DNA of 64,000 nucleotides from Parcubacteria group bacterium Gr01-1014_8 (GTDB lineage: Bacteria > Patescibacteriota > Minisyncoccia > Phycocordibacterales > UBA2100). The position numbers and the translations under genes are program-made. This document shows positions 38,232-47,759 of this stretch, piece by piece. Position 1 is the stretch's first letter. The number at the start of each line of letters is the position of its first letter. A model generated the notes under the pieces. That model worked only from the letters and a program-made list of their open reading frames with translations. It was not told where the DNA came from and searched no databases. The stretch lies in contig VMGC01000005.1 of assembly GCA_007376385.1 (NCBI GenBank), positions 1 to 64,000 of the forward strand. The letters are read 5' to 3'.

Positions 38232-39752
38232 ATGACCATTCAATCACTCACACAAAGGATCGGGATCGCGGGAAAAGACTTCGTACTAGTTCCTCGTGAT
38301 GACCTGCACCGGCATGCAGAAGTTTGCGTTGAGGCAGGCGCTCCTCTCATGTTCATGTACGCAACAGAAGAGGCGAACGGATTTGTGGTACATGTAGTAT
38401 TTTCCGCAGAAGACGGCTTTCTGACATTGAAGGCGGAGCTGCCGCGCGATGATCCGACGTATCCGTCGCTCACTCGCAGTATCATGGCAGCGCATTGGTA
38501 TGAGCGATTGATGCATGACCAGTTCGGCATAGTTGCAGAGGGGCACCCCGACTGGCGACGACTCATACACCACGAGAATATCCCTGAAGGCACGCATCCG
38601 CTCCGTAAAGATTTTGCGTGGAATACGAAGCTTCCGCATGCGAATGTTCCGTACCCGATGCACGCAGTCACTGGAAAGGGAATTTATGAAGTTCCGGTCG
38701 GGCCGATACACGCAGGAATAATTGAGCCGGGCCACTTTCGTTTCAACGTTCGCGGAGAGAGAATTCTGACGCTCGAAGGAAAACTGTTCTTCAAGCATAA
38801 GGGCGTCGAGAAATTGGTTGAGGGAAAGACACCGGAGGAGGCTTTTCCCTTCATCGAAAGAATTTCTGGCGACATGGTCGCCGGGCATGCACTCGCGTTT
38901 GCGGAAGCTGTTGAAGCTGCATCTGGAGTCGCCATATCAGCGCGTGCGAAACATCTGCGTGTCCTGTGGAGCGAATTGGAGCGAGCAACGGCGCATGTTT
39001 TTGATATGGGGAATATGGGAGGCAACGGCACAGGATTTACATTCATGGCGGCACAAGGCTTTCGCATGGTCGAAGATATGCGTCGTTTGTATCAATCGCT
39101 CGTAGGGCACCGATTCTTGCGAGGCGCTATTGTGCTTGGCGGCGCGCATGATATTTCTGAGGGTGATGTTGAGAAGATCCGTGCCGTGATAGATGATATT
39201 GAGCGAGACATGAAAAAAGTTCTCGCAATTGCGTATGGAAGCGACGGGCTTATGGAGCGGTTTGAAACGACGGGAATTCTTTCACTTGAGGCCGCGAAAG
39301 CATACGGGGCGCGGGGAACGCCAGCGCGGGCGTCAGGGGTTACTCTCGATATACGAACGGGTCATCCCTATGCCGCGTACAAAGAGTTAGGAGTGAGCGT
39401 GGTGACTGAAAAAGGCGGCGATGTCGCGGCACGCTTCAAGGTCCGCGACAGGGAACTCACGGAGTCGTTCCGTCTTATCCGCGAAGTATTGAGAACTCTT
39501 CCGAAAGGCGAGGCGAAAACGAATTCCAATTTCAAACAGGGGAGTGCGCTCGGCGCAGTTGAATCATGGCGCGGCGCTATCATTGACTGGGTGAGGCTTG
39601 ATGCGGAAGGAAGAATTGACCGCTGTGCAATTTCAGACCCATCGTTCTGTAACTGGTCTCTTTTTGGCGAACTTGCGCCTGGCAACATTGTCCCGGACTT
39701 TCCTTTGTGTAATAAGAGTTTGAACCTTTCGTATTCAGGGACGGACCTCTAA
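38232..39752 (+). CDS. Fused NuoC-NuoD / HycE-like large-subunit homologue lacking the NiFe-binding cysteine motifs
   Basis: NuoC-like N-terminal region plus NuoD/HycE-like core. RxCGxC position reads RISGDM; C-terminal DPCxxC reads DPSFCN. Confidence 0.75.
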   Translation: MTIQSLTQRIGIAGKDFVLVPRDDLHRHAEVCVEAGAPLMFMYATEEANGFVVHVVFSAEDGFLTLKAELPRDDPTYPSLTRSIMAAHWYERLMHDQFGIVAEGHPDWRRLIHHENIPEGTHPLRKDFAWNTKLPHANVPYPMHAVTGKGIYEVPVGPIHAGIIEPGHFRFNVRGERILTLEGKLFFKHKGVEKLVEGKTPEEAFPFIERISGDMVAGHALAFAEAVEAASGVAISARAKHLRVLWSELERATAHVFDMGNMGGNGTGFTFMAAQGFRMVEDMRRLYQSLVGHRFLRGAIVLGGAHDISEGDVEKIRAVIDDIERDMKKVLAIAYGSDGLMERFETTGILSLEAAKAYGARGTPARASGVTLDIRTGHPYAAYKELGVSVVTEKGGDVAARFKVRDRELTESFRLIREVLRTLPKGEAKTNSNFKQGSALGAVESWRGAIIDWVRLDAEGRIDRCAISDPSFCNWSLFGELAPGNIVPDFPLCNKSLNLSYSGTDL

Positions 39753-39803
39753 CGATGCAACATATAGCGCACACCAAATCTTCAAAGTGTTACACTCTTT
39801 GTC

Positions 39804-40721
39804 ATGTATTGGGGAGAAGACCTGGATGAGCGCCTGTATGAGGGGATAGAGGAGACGCAGATAGAGGGTGTCGAGCCAATTCGAGCGGGACTACCCATAA
39901 CTCACTGGAGTTATTCGTCTCTCATGTGTTTTCTTAGGAATCCGCTGGCCTGGTATAAACGTTATGTCGAGAAGGTGTATGACACACCCTCGTCCCCCGC
40001 AGGTATTATCGGGCGCGCCGCGCACGTTGCGTTGCAGCATTTTTATGGTCTGCCTGTGCGTGACCGCACGCAGACAGGCGGCATCGCGAAAGGGGGAGCA
40101 ATAGATCTAGGTCTGGAATATTTGAGGAATGTGCCGGATTTTGAGGTGAATTTTGGGAAAGCGAAGACAAAAAGGGAAAAAAAGGAGAAACGAGCCAGCA
40201 TGGAGCGCGAATATCTGCAGGCGATCGGTTTTTATCTTGAAAAGCCGCCGAAGTATAATGTTGTTGCGATAGAGGAAAAATCAACGATAAAGGTAGATGG
40301 CCTCAAACTTCCCATACGCGCTATCTCTGACCTTGTGGTTCGTTCCGCCGTCGATAAAAAAGCACTCGACATCGTGGACCATAAATTCGTCGATTCGTTC
40401 AGTTCTCTTGGGGGACAAAAAACACTCTTTATCATACAAGCGATATTCAACTACTACACAGTCCAGAATACACACGGGAAGCCTGTGCGGCGTTTTATTT
40501 TGCAAGAGTGCAGAAAAAGAAGGAACGCGGATGGTAAAAGCCAGATGCGACGCTACATCATCGAATATGCCAAGTGCAAAGAAGAGTTCGCCATCTTTCA
40601 CCGTCTTATACGCGATGCGACTGCCGAAATAGCTAGAGAGCGGCTGTATCTTCCAAATCCATCCGACATGTTCGAAGGCGAGAATTCCTTCGACATCTAT
40701 AAACTTGGACTTGCTGGTTAA
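39804..40721 (+). CDS. PD-(D/E)XK nuclease-family protein (RecB/Cas4-like fold, 305 aa)
   Basis: ISDLVVRSAVDKKALDIVDHKFVD core motif. Weak assignment. Confidence 0.45.
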   Translation: MYWGEDLDERLYEGIEETQIEGVEPIRAGLPITHWSYSSLMCFLRNPLAWYKRYVEKVYDTPSSPAGIIGRAAHVALQHFYGLPVRDRTQTGGIAKGGAIDLGLEYLRNVPDFEVNFGKAKTKREKKEKRASMEREYLQAIGFYLEKPPKYNVVAIEEKSTIKVDGLKLPIRAISDLVVRSAVDKKALDIVDHKFVDSFSSLGGQKTLFIIQAIFNYYTVQNTHGKPVRRFILQECRKRRNADGKSQMRRYIIEYAKCKEEFAIFHRLIRDATAEIARERLYLPNPSDMFEGENSFDIYKLGLAG

Positions 40722-41491
40722 TTGAGAAGGGTATCAATGAGCCCTTTGACGACATTGTACGGTTGCGCTCCTTCGACTGGCGTTTGTTCGCCGTCAGAGA
40801 TGAGGATCGAGTGAGGTGTACCTGCGCCGCCTGCCGCCGCTACTTCATCGTAATCTTTCTTAATGCGTGGGGCATTTTTTCCGCTGATAAGACAGTTTTC
40901 AAAGGCGGCCACATCGAGTCCGAGTCCTTTGGCTATATCGCTAAGTTGGCCCGCATCGGTGTTTGAGCGAGGCGGCTTTTGCGTATAGTACGGCTGTCCA
41001 TCCGGCCCGACAGGCGCGTCTTTTGGAGAGTTGTGGATGCCTATGTCCAGCGAGTTGTTGGAGGTCGTTGTTTCGTACACCTTGTCGGTGAATTTCCAGA
41101 ACATTTCATTTCCCCCCTGCTCCGCAGCGCATTCAAGCGCCTCCGCTTCCTTTTGAGCCTTAGGATGAAGCTGTTCTATAGGGAAGTGCCGATATACCCA
41201 CGCGACTTTGCCGCTTGAGCCGTATTCGGTCACGATTTGATGCATCGTTTCGTGGAATTGCTTGCAGAACGGGCATTCAGGGTCGGAAAATTCGACGATA
41301 ACTACTTCTGCATCCGGGTTCCCGAGAATATGGTCATCTGCTTGGACCTCTCGTATTTCAGTCAGAACTTGTCCCTGACCTTGCTGGGCTGGGCCTGCGG
41401 GCCGGCTATTAACAAAAAATAGTGCGCCTGCGATGAGGGCACCAGCGATGACAATTGATATCGGAATTGCTAATTTCTGAACTGTTTCCAT
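40718..41491 (-). CDS. Membrane-anchored DsbA-like thiol:disulfide oxidoreductase (CPFC active site)
   Basis: N-terminal TM anchor + thioredoxin fold with CPFC. Confidence 0.7.
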   Translation of the reverse strand: METVQKLAIPISIVIAGALIAGALFFVNSRPAGPAQQGQGQVLTEIREVQADDHILGNPDAEVVIVEFSDPECPFCKQFHETMHQIVTEYGSSGKVAWVYRHFPIEQLHPKAQKEAEALECAAEQGGNEMFWKFTDKVYETTTSNNSLDIGIHNSPKDAPVGPDGQPYYTQKPPRSNTDAGQLSDIAKGLGLDVAAFENCLISGKNAPRIKKDYDEVAAAGGAGTPHSILISDGEQTPVEGAQPYNVVKGLIDTLLN

Positions 41492-41553
41492 AGGAATGGT
41501 TATAAGAGTAACTGGAGGAGTATACCACGCACACCGGGGAGGAACTCAGCAAA

Positions 41554-42126
41554 CTAGAAACCGAGGGTCTGTGTCAAGGCCCTCCCTTCCCCTAGAAGCC
41601 ATTTTGTGGTGTCGAGCTTCACATCCTTGACCCTGCCCAGTTCTTTATATTTTAATGAGTTGTTTTTGAGGGCGTAATCGAAGATCTTCTTCGTTATTTC
41701 TACATCTTTCAGGCAGTATTCGCGAAGTTTCTTGATGTTGCCCTCGCGCCACCAGCGCATGGCATCGAGCCCGCTTCCGCTTTTTTTCGTGCCCAGCGTG
41801 CCCGCTGCGATAGAATCAAGCTTTACGCGTCGGCCAAGCGACGCCGAGACCTCGCTGAGGAGGTCAATCGAGCGCATCTTCGTAAGGTCGCCGGGGTAGT
41901 ATTTGTTCAAGACGGGAATATCGAAATGGTCTGAATTAAAGCCGACGAGGACATCGGTGCGCTCGAGAAGTTTCCAAAGGCGCGGCAGGTCATCCTTTAG
42001 GAATGAATCGTATTCATCGGTCGCAGAATCATGCGTGCAGCAGATCGTCATCTCAAGATCGCTTATGTTCCATACGCCGCGGGTGAATCCGCCGATGGTT
42101 TCGATATCGAATGTAACGATTCGCAT
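41554..42126 (-). CDS. DEDD-family 3'-5' exonuclease (RNase H-like fold)
   Basis: MRIVTFDIETIG exo motif I. Start moved to that Met. Confidence 0.55.
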   Translation of the reverse strand: MRIVTFDIETIGGFTRGVWNISDLEMTICCTHDSATDEYDSFLKDDLPRLWKLLERTDVLVGFNSDHFDIPVLNKYYPGDLTKMRSIDLLSEVSASLGRRVKLDSIAAGTLGTKKSGSGLDAMRWWREGNIKKLREYCLKDVEITKKIFDYALKNNSLKYKELGRVKDVKLDTTKWLLGEGRALTQTLGF

Positions 42127-42176
42127 CGGTAACGAGTATACCAAACGACAGCAGCTTCTCACTAACCTAGACTTGC

Positions 42177-43319
42177 TTAACTGCTCATTCCGCCTGCTAT
42201 TCCGTCTAGCTCTTTCTTGAGTGAGATAACGTTCGCTCTAATTTTTCTATATTCTCTCTCCGTGTTGTCGTCCCACGAGCTTTTTGTAGCGGCGTCTTGT
42301 AAATCTAGGAGCGCATTATCCTGCTGCACAATACGGTTTTCCAAATCATTAATTGCAGTCGGCGCTTCGCCTAGTTGCGCCCATTCGCGACTTCTTATTG
42401 TTGGAAAGCGCTCAAGCATCTCCTCGATATCGTCAGCGAGCGCTTTCATGAGGTCTTGAGGAGTTTTTTCCACTCTCCATTCTTTGGGTCTATCCGATTC
42501 AGCCGCTTCCGGTTCCGGTGCAGAAGCCGGTATCGCTATAACTGGTTTTTCGGCCGGCGGAGTTGGCACAATAACTTCGGGTTCGACTGCAGCCACAAAT
42601 TCCCTCGGTTCCTGATGCTCAACTACGGCTAGACCGTCCCAAGCAGGTTCTCCGGGAGTGTCTGCGTCTCCAGCGGCAGTGGGATATTTCAGGGGAGGTT
42701 CTGAATCCGGCTCGTCTGGCGGAGAGGGGGGATTCGGGACATCGGGAGGAGGAGCGGCTTTAAGCTTTGCGGCCTTCACCTCATCATATGCGGTATCGTA
42801 CGCATTTCGCTGACGAATTGTTTCCGGAAGTCGGGATGAAAATCGAAGACGCTGATAGAGTGAGTGGCCCAATTTCGCACCACCCTCTTGCTCATTACCG
42901 ATATGCTGGCAGACCGCACTCAATGTTGGTTCTATGTTATCACCCGCAAGTGCAAAAACTGCGGCGCGTATCGTTTTCTCCGTTACTGAATTAAGTCTCT
43001 CGGTGCCTTCCCTTTTTCGTCGAGAACCTTCCGTCATGGCCATAGCAGCAGATTGTTTTAAGCTTCTAGCTGGCGTATTGATGGCATTCGGGGCTACTTC
43101 CAGAAGAATTCTCATCTCATCAGCTGTCAGACCGTGTCTTGTTTTCAGATCATTCAAAAAAGATTGCTCCGTTTGCCTTTCAGGATTCTTAATAATTTGT
43201 ATTAACTGGCGAACTTCTGCGGGAGAAAGTCTCTGCTCGCCTAGAGCTTGAGAGATCTCCTGTTGCATTTGCTTTTGTTCTGATTGGGGGGCGCTGTCTT
43301 CGTTGCCGAAATCAGTCAT
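42177..43319 (-). CDS. Hypothetical Pro-rich protein (380 aa)
   Basis: ORF only; PPPDVPNPPSPPDEP low-complexity segment. Confidence 0.35.
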   Translation of the reverse strand: MTDFGNEDSAPQSEQKQMQQEISQALGEQRLSPAEVRQLIQIIKNPERQTEQSFLNDLKTRHGLTADEMRILLEVAPNAINTPARSLKQSAAMAMTEGSRRKREGTERLNSVTEKTIRAAVFALAGDNIEPTLSAVCQHIGNEQEGGAKLGHSLYQRLRFSSRLPETIRQRNAYDTAYDEVKAAKLKAAPPPDVPNPPSPPDEPDSEPPLKYPTAAGDADTPGEPAWDGLAVVEHQEPREFVAAVEPEVIVPTPPAEKPVIAIPASAPEPEAAESDRPKEWRVEKTPQDLMKALADDIEEMLERFPTIRSREWAQLGEAPTAINDLENRIVQQDNALLDLQDAATKSSWDDNTEREYRKIRANVISLKKELDGIAGGMSS

Positions 43320-43322
43320 AGG

Positions 43323-44585
43323 TTATCCCAATGAACTGAAGAGGTGTTCGGCAATTCTATCTGCTTGGAGCGTCATTTCGCTACCGTTTGCAAGGTTTTT
43401 AATCGTGTATTTACCGGAGTCGCGTTCTTTTTCGCCAACTGCGATAACGAATGGAACTTTCATTTTATCCGCCTGCCTCACTTGGTCGCCGATACGTTTG
43501 CCTGAGAAATTCACTGCGACCGTGACATCTTCTCGCCTGAGATCCTGAGCGAGTTTGTTGGCGTGTACCAATGCAGATGGTTCGACGACGCAGAGCATGA
43601 GCTCTGTAGCCGGAGCATATTTTGGGAGAAGATTGTGCGTTTCAAGAAAGTCGCGTGCGGTTACGTCTCCCATGGCAAAGCCAACTGCAGGAACCGATTC
43701 GCCTCCAAAAAGCGAAAGCAGATCGTCGTAGCGGCCGCCTCCGAACATGGAGCGTTTGTTCTCGCCTGATGTATCAAAGACCTCGAAAACCATGCCCGTG
43801 TAATAGTCGAATCCGCGGGTTACTGAGGTATCAACGACAGCATTGTTCACGCCGAGAGATTTGAGGGAAGCCATCAATTGCTCTAAATATGCCGTAGACG
43901 TCGTGCGAGCCAAGTGGTCTATCAGCTTCCCGCTGCGCTCTTTGCCCACTAGTTTTTGCAGCAGTTCTTTGAAATCGTCAATTTTGTCGCGGCGATCCAA
44001 GAGGCGGGTAGCCGCAGGACGGAGGTCTTTCTCGATACCGCACTCATTGAACGCGGCGTCGAGGAATCGCCGGTCTGATACGCGTATCTCAAAGTTGCGT
44101 TCGTCCGTTCCGAATGAGCGCATGATGGCATGCGCAAGGGCAATGACCTCCGCATCGGCTTCAATTCCCGCAGCTCCTACGATGTCTGCGTTGAGCTGCC
44201 AGTGTTCTCGGAGGCGTCCTTTTTGCGGACGTTCATATCGAAAGACGTTGGGGACCGAATACCACCTTGCGGGGAGGGAAAGCTCGCGCTTTTTTGCTGC
44301 AACCATGCGTGCGAACGTGGGAGTCATTTCGGGCCGCAAGGTAACTTCTCTATCGCCTCGGTCGGTGAATGTGTATGTCTGCTCATTCACAATTTCTTCC
44401 GATGTTTTGTTCCGGTAGAGCTCCGCCGGCTCTAGAACGGAGGCGTTGTACTCTTCATAGCCGAAAAGTTCGCACATGCGCTCCCAATGCTCAAAAATGT
44501 AGCGCTGGATGAACATGTCCTCGGGGTAGAAATCCCTGACCCCCTTATATGATTCCGTTGAAAGTTTCTTTTTGTCGTCGGCCAT
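43323..44585 (-). CDS. hisS: Histidyl-tRNA synthetase
   Basis: Class II motifs and the HisRS-specific pattern (…YERPQKGRLREHWQ…, GGGRYD). Confidence 0.9.
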   Translation of the reverse strand: MADDKKKLSTESYKGVRDFYPEDMFIQRYIFEHWERMCELFGYEEYNASVLEPAELYRNKTSEEIVNEQTYTFTDRGDREVTLRPEMTPTFARMVAAKKRELSLPARWYSVPNVFRYERPQKGRLREHWQLNADIVGAAGIEADAEVIALAHAIMRSFGTDERNFEIRVSDRRFLDAAFNECGIEKDLRPAATRLLDRRDKIDDFKELLQKLVGKERSGKLIDHLARTTSTAYLEQLMASLKSLGVNNAVVDTSVTRGFDYYTGMVFEVFDTSGENKRSMFGGGRYDDLLSLFGGESVPAVGFAMGDVTARDFLETHNLLPKYAPATELMLCVVEPSALVHANKLAQDLRREDVTVAVNFSGKRIGDQVRQADKMKVPFVIAVGEKERDSGKYTIKNLANGSEMTLQADRIAEHLFSSLG

Positions 44586-44600
44586 ACGGGCTACTCTATC

Positions 44601-45824
44601 CTATGCAGCAGGAAGTTCAACGAAGAATTGGGCCCCCTTTCCATACCCTTCCGACGTAGCGCCAATCTTTCCGTCGTGGGCTTCAACTATCGATTTTGCC
44701 ACATAAAGACCATAACCCGTACTTTCAGGGTTCACTGATGATGAGTTTTTGCCTTTGCCGCCCTCGGTGAAAAGGATTTTCATGTCTTCTGGCGTGATAC
44801 CGACTCCCGTGTCTCTGACGGAAAAAACGATATTCGAACTGGTGTGAGTCAATAGGACGCGAATTGTGCCGCGTGCTGTGTAGTGGATCGCGTTATCGAT
44901 GAGATTGCGAAATACATGCCGGCGCAGTTTTGCCTCGTCGCCACTGCATGCGTACGAACCGCCCGCGATATCAACTTCGAATTTCAAACCTTTTTTTTCT
45001 GCAGAAGGGCGGATCTCGCTCGCTATCTCCTCGACTGACTTTCGCACGTCGAACGATTTTTTTTCAAGCTGCATCGTTCCTGTTTTGAAATTCGATGCAT
45101 CAAGAATGTCAGTGACCGTATCAACTCCCCTGCGGGTTTCCGATAGGGCAGAGTCTGCCATATTCTTGACTTTTGCCGGTACGGCGCCCAGGTCTCCTTC
45201 TGAAATAGTAGCGAGCGCTGCTTCGTTTTTCGTGAGATAGCTTTTTACCTCGTGCGTGATGACATGCAAGAGACTTTCTTGTTTCTTGTTTGTTATCTCG
45301 AGTTCTTCGGTGCGGCCGAGCTGTCTCAATATCGCATTTCGCGCTTTCTCAGGATTCGGAATTCCCTCGGCTTTTGCGTATTCGTCGGTGGGGCCCGCTG
45401 TCTGTATTTCGATGGAGCCGTAGCCGAAGAAGTGTTGGACAATGTTCTCGGTTTTTACCGTTATCTCTTGCACCTTGTCCAACCCCCACGTCGCTATCTG
45501 CCGATTGAAGAGCCCGACTTGGTCGATGTTCACGATGCGCTTATTCGTTACTATCCAAAGGTCGAGGTAGTAATCCGTCCATAAGACGAACAGAGCCATC
45601 CACACGATGAGAAACCACAACGCGCTCCCAAAACTTGCTATCGAGCCGTATCCGATGGTATCCAGATACATCGAAGGAATGGTGGCGAGGATAAGCGGGA
45701 CAACAATGACCGGGAGAAGCCCGAGGACGAGGGTGCCGGCAGTATCTCGAAGCAGGATCATCCAGTGCTTGCGAAGTTTAATGACGATGTTCTCTCCGGG
45801 CTCTATTTTGATGTTCGGGATCAT
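44601..45824 (-). CDS. Sensor histidine kinase (2 TM + HATPase_c)
   Basis: NLIDNAIHYT, DTGVGI, G-box GYGLYVAKSIVEAHDGKI. Confidence 0.75.
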   Translation of the reverse strand: MIPNIKIEPGENIVIKLRKHWMILLRDTAGTLVLGLLPVIVVPLILATIPSMYLDTIGYGSIASFGSALWFLIVWMALFVLWTDYYLDLWIVTNKRIVNIDQVGLFNRQIATWGLDKVQEITVKTENIVQHFFGYGSIEIQTAGPTDEYAKAEGIPNPEKARNAILRQLGRTEELEITNKKQESLLHVITHEVKSYLTKNEAALATISEGDLGAVPAKVKNMADSALSETRRGVDTVTDILDASNFKTGTMQLEKKSFDVRKSVEEIASEIRPSAEKKGLKFEVDIAGGSYACSGDEAKLRRHVFRNLIDNAIHYTARGTIRVLLTHTSSNIVFSVRDTGVGITPEDMKILFTEGGKGKNSSSVNPESTGYGLYVAKSIVEAHDGKIGATSEGYGKGAQFFVELPAA

Positions 45825-45827
45825 GAA

Positions 45828-46049
45828 CTAGGAGAGGGCGATTATCGCGGCGAACATGGTCGAAAGAAAAAGAAAACAGCCTCCTGCGTATATCACCACA
45901 GCAAAGGTCGCTACGAAGGCATTCATCGAAAAGCGCACCCAGTGGTAGGAAAGGATGATGCCTAAGATGATTGAGAGCGCTGCGGTTGCAACAAACATGA
46001 CCCACATCAGCGTTGTGACGAACTGGCCGGAGAGTACTCCTTCAGGCAT
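45828..46049 (-). CDS. Small hypothetical membrane protein (start at MPEGVLSG)
   Basis: Two TM helices. Confidence 0.3.
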   Translation of the reverse strand: MPEGVLSGQFVTTLMWVMFVATAALSIILGIILSYHWVRFSMNAFVATFAVVIYAGGCFLFLSTMFAAIIALS

Positions 46050-46112
46050 GCCGGTATTATGCCATTTTGGAGGACTGTGCGGACCTCCTCGACGTGAATA
46101 GCGAGGGGGTGG

Positions 46113-46215
46113 TATACCCCGTGAGATAACTGTTTTCGAGCTACACAAGATGTTAGGACACAGTAAAATATTTAATTCGTCAACAAGCTATACACGTCTT
46201 ATCTCATGGGGTATA
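46113..46215. repeat. IR element copy B: TATACCCCGTGAGATAA …68 nt… CTTATCTCATGGGGTATA
   Basis: Arms identical to copy A, including the G/T mismatch. Confidence 0.6.
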
Positions 46216-46227
46216 GTCTCTCCCTCT

Positions 46228-46656
46228 ATGCGTGCGCAAATACTGCAGACGCGGTTTGCTATTCGACGCTCCAAGCCGGGCCTGGGCTATGGGTTATTTG
46301 CCACGAACGCGATACCTGCAGGAGAGTTCGTGCTCGAATACAAAGGGCGTCACGTACCGACGGAAACGGCGGACAAGCTCAAAACTAAGTACCTTTTTGA
46401 GATAGACAGCTCATGGACCATCGACGGTTCAACAAGGGCGAATACTGCGCGATACGTGAATCACTCCTGCGCCCCGAATTGCGAGGCAGACGTACGAGAT
46501 GGGAAAGTGCTTATTTTTGCCAACCGGGAGATCGAGGCGGGGGAGGAGCTGACAATCGATTACGGAGAAGAATATTTCAAAGAGTTCATTGAGCCGCACG
46601 GCTGCAAGTGCGACCGCTGCAAGCACCCTCGGCTCGCATTCTGGCGCCGCTCGTGA
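46228..46656 (+). CDS. SET-domain protein (lysine methyltransferase-like)
   Basis: NHSCAPNCEA and ELTIDYG motifs. Start at MRAQ just after the IR arm. Confidence 0.7.
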   Translation: MRAQILQTRFAIRRSKPGLGYGLFATNAIPAGEFVLEYKGRHVPTETADKLKTKYLFEIDSSWTIDGSTRANTARYVNHSCAPNCEADVRDGKVLIFANREIEAGEELTIDYGEEYFKEFIEPHGCKCDRCKHPRLAFWRRS

Positions 46657-46669
46657 TAGGATTTTTGCC

Positions 46670-47044
46670 ATGAATAAAACAACAATGTTCTGGGCTATCG
46701 TTGTGCTGCTCATCATCGGCGGTCTCGGCGCATCGTGGTATATGAAAACCCTGCCGGGCCAGTACGACGCGCTCGCACAGTGTTTAAAGGACAAGGGCGC
46801 TCTTTTTTACGGCGCGTTCTGGTGCCCTCACTGCCAAGAACAAAAAAAGATGTTCGGCAATTCTGCTAAGCTTTTGCCGTACGTCGAGTGTTCGCTCGCT
46901 GACCAAAAAACACAAACTCCTATCTGTATTGAGAAAGAGATAAAGTCATATCCGACCTGGATATTTGCCGATGGAAGCAAATTGACCGGCGAACAGCAGC
47001 CGAAAGTATTGGCGGAGAAGACCGGTTGTTCAATGCCGGAATAA
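46670..47044 (+). CDS. Membrane-anchored thioredoxin-like protein (WCPHC)
   Basis: TM anchor + CxxC thioredoxin motif. Start at MNKTTMFW. Confidence 0.6.
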   Translation: MNKTTMFWAIVVLLIIGGLGASWYMKTLPGQYDALAQCLKDKGALFYGAFWCPHCQEQKKMFGNSAKLLPYVECSLADQKTQTPICIEKEIKSYPTWIFADGSKLTGEQQPKVLAEKTGCSMPE

Positions 47045-47045
47045 C

Positions 47046-47582
47046 ATGTCGGTGGGAGATCTTAATTCACTTCTCGCCCTTGGCACGCTCGCCATTCAGA
47101 TAGCCAGTGCGGTTTTGTTGGCGGTGTATTTTTTACCGAATCTTATTCCCGGTGCGTATGAAATACGTGCGTATGTGGGAAAGTGGGGAATTGCATTGGG
47201 ACTCGTTCTCATTCTGACAACAGCAGCGGCGAATCTTTACTACGAATCGTTTGGATTTGAGCCATGCTATTGGTGTTATTGGCAGAGGATTTTTCTGTAC
47301 CCGCAAGCTGTTTTGTTCGGAGTTGCTCTTTGGAAACGTGACATGCAAATTGCCGATCATTCTATTGCGTTATCGATTTTTGGAGCGGGCGTTGCTCTCT
47401 ATCACCACGCACTTCAAATGCTTCCCGGTAGCGGTCTTCCATGCCCGTCTGTAGGTGTCTCCTGCGCCACGCGCATCCTGTTCGAATTCGGCTACATTAC
47501 GTACCCTCTGATGGCGTTTTCGCTGTTTGCGTTTCTTATCGTGTTGATGTTGTTCGTGCGGTCTTCCTATCAGGCAAAATAA
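47046..47582 (+). CDS. DsbB/BdbC-family disulfide bond formation protein
   Basis: PCYWCYWQRIF (CxxC-xx-QR) and a second Cys pair LPCPSVGVSC in a 4-TM protein. Confidence 0.65.
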   Translation: MSVGDLNSLLALGTLAIQIASAVLLAVYFLPNLIPGAYEIRAYVGKWGIALGLVLILTTAAANLYYESFGFEPCYWCYWQRIFLYPQAVLFGVALWKRDMQIADHSIALSIFGAGVALYHHALQMLPGSGLPCPSVGVSCATRILFEFGYITYPLMAFSLFAFLIVLMLFVRSSYQAK

Positions 47583-47593
47583 TCTCTGCGAAA

Positions 47594-47759
47594 TTATTGG
47601 CGAGCGTTGCGAGTGAAATGAACGTGTACTCATGTTCATTTCCGAGCCGAGGAGCCAAAATACGGTTAATACCGCGCAGCAAGCTGCGCACGTGTGCGAG
47701 CGAAGCGAGCTCATCAGCAGGTCCAGGGCTTTGCCCTGGGGTTTAATACCGTTTATTTT
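47594..47759 (+). ncRNA. Structured RNA element, copy 2: the same three hairpins with covarying stems, ending in a hairpin + T-rich tract (terminator-like), in a convergent intergenic region
   Basis: See copy 1; here followed by GGTTTAATACCGTTTATTTT. Confidence 0.5.

Noticed and set aside
38232-39752. Calling the large subunit a [NiFe] hydrogenase (HycE/HyfG)
   Set aside because: Both Cys-pair motifs that ligate the NiFe centre are absent, and the partner small subunit lacks its Fe-S cysteines. Ehr-like is the supportable call.
47690-47730. CUGAUGAG on the reverse complement of structured-RNA copy 2 (hammerhead ribozyme core?)
   Set aside because: No flanking stems I/II/III, no GAAA and no cleavage-site context could be built. 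Copy 1 lacks the motif at the equivalent place.
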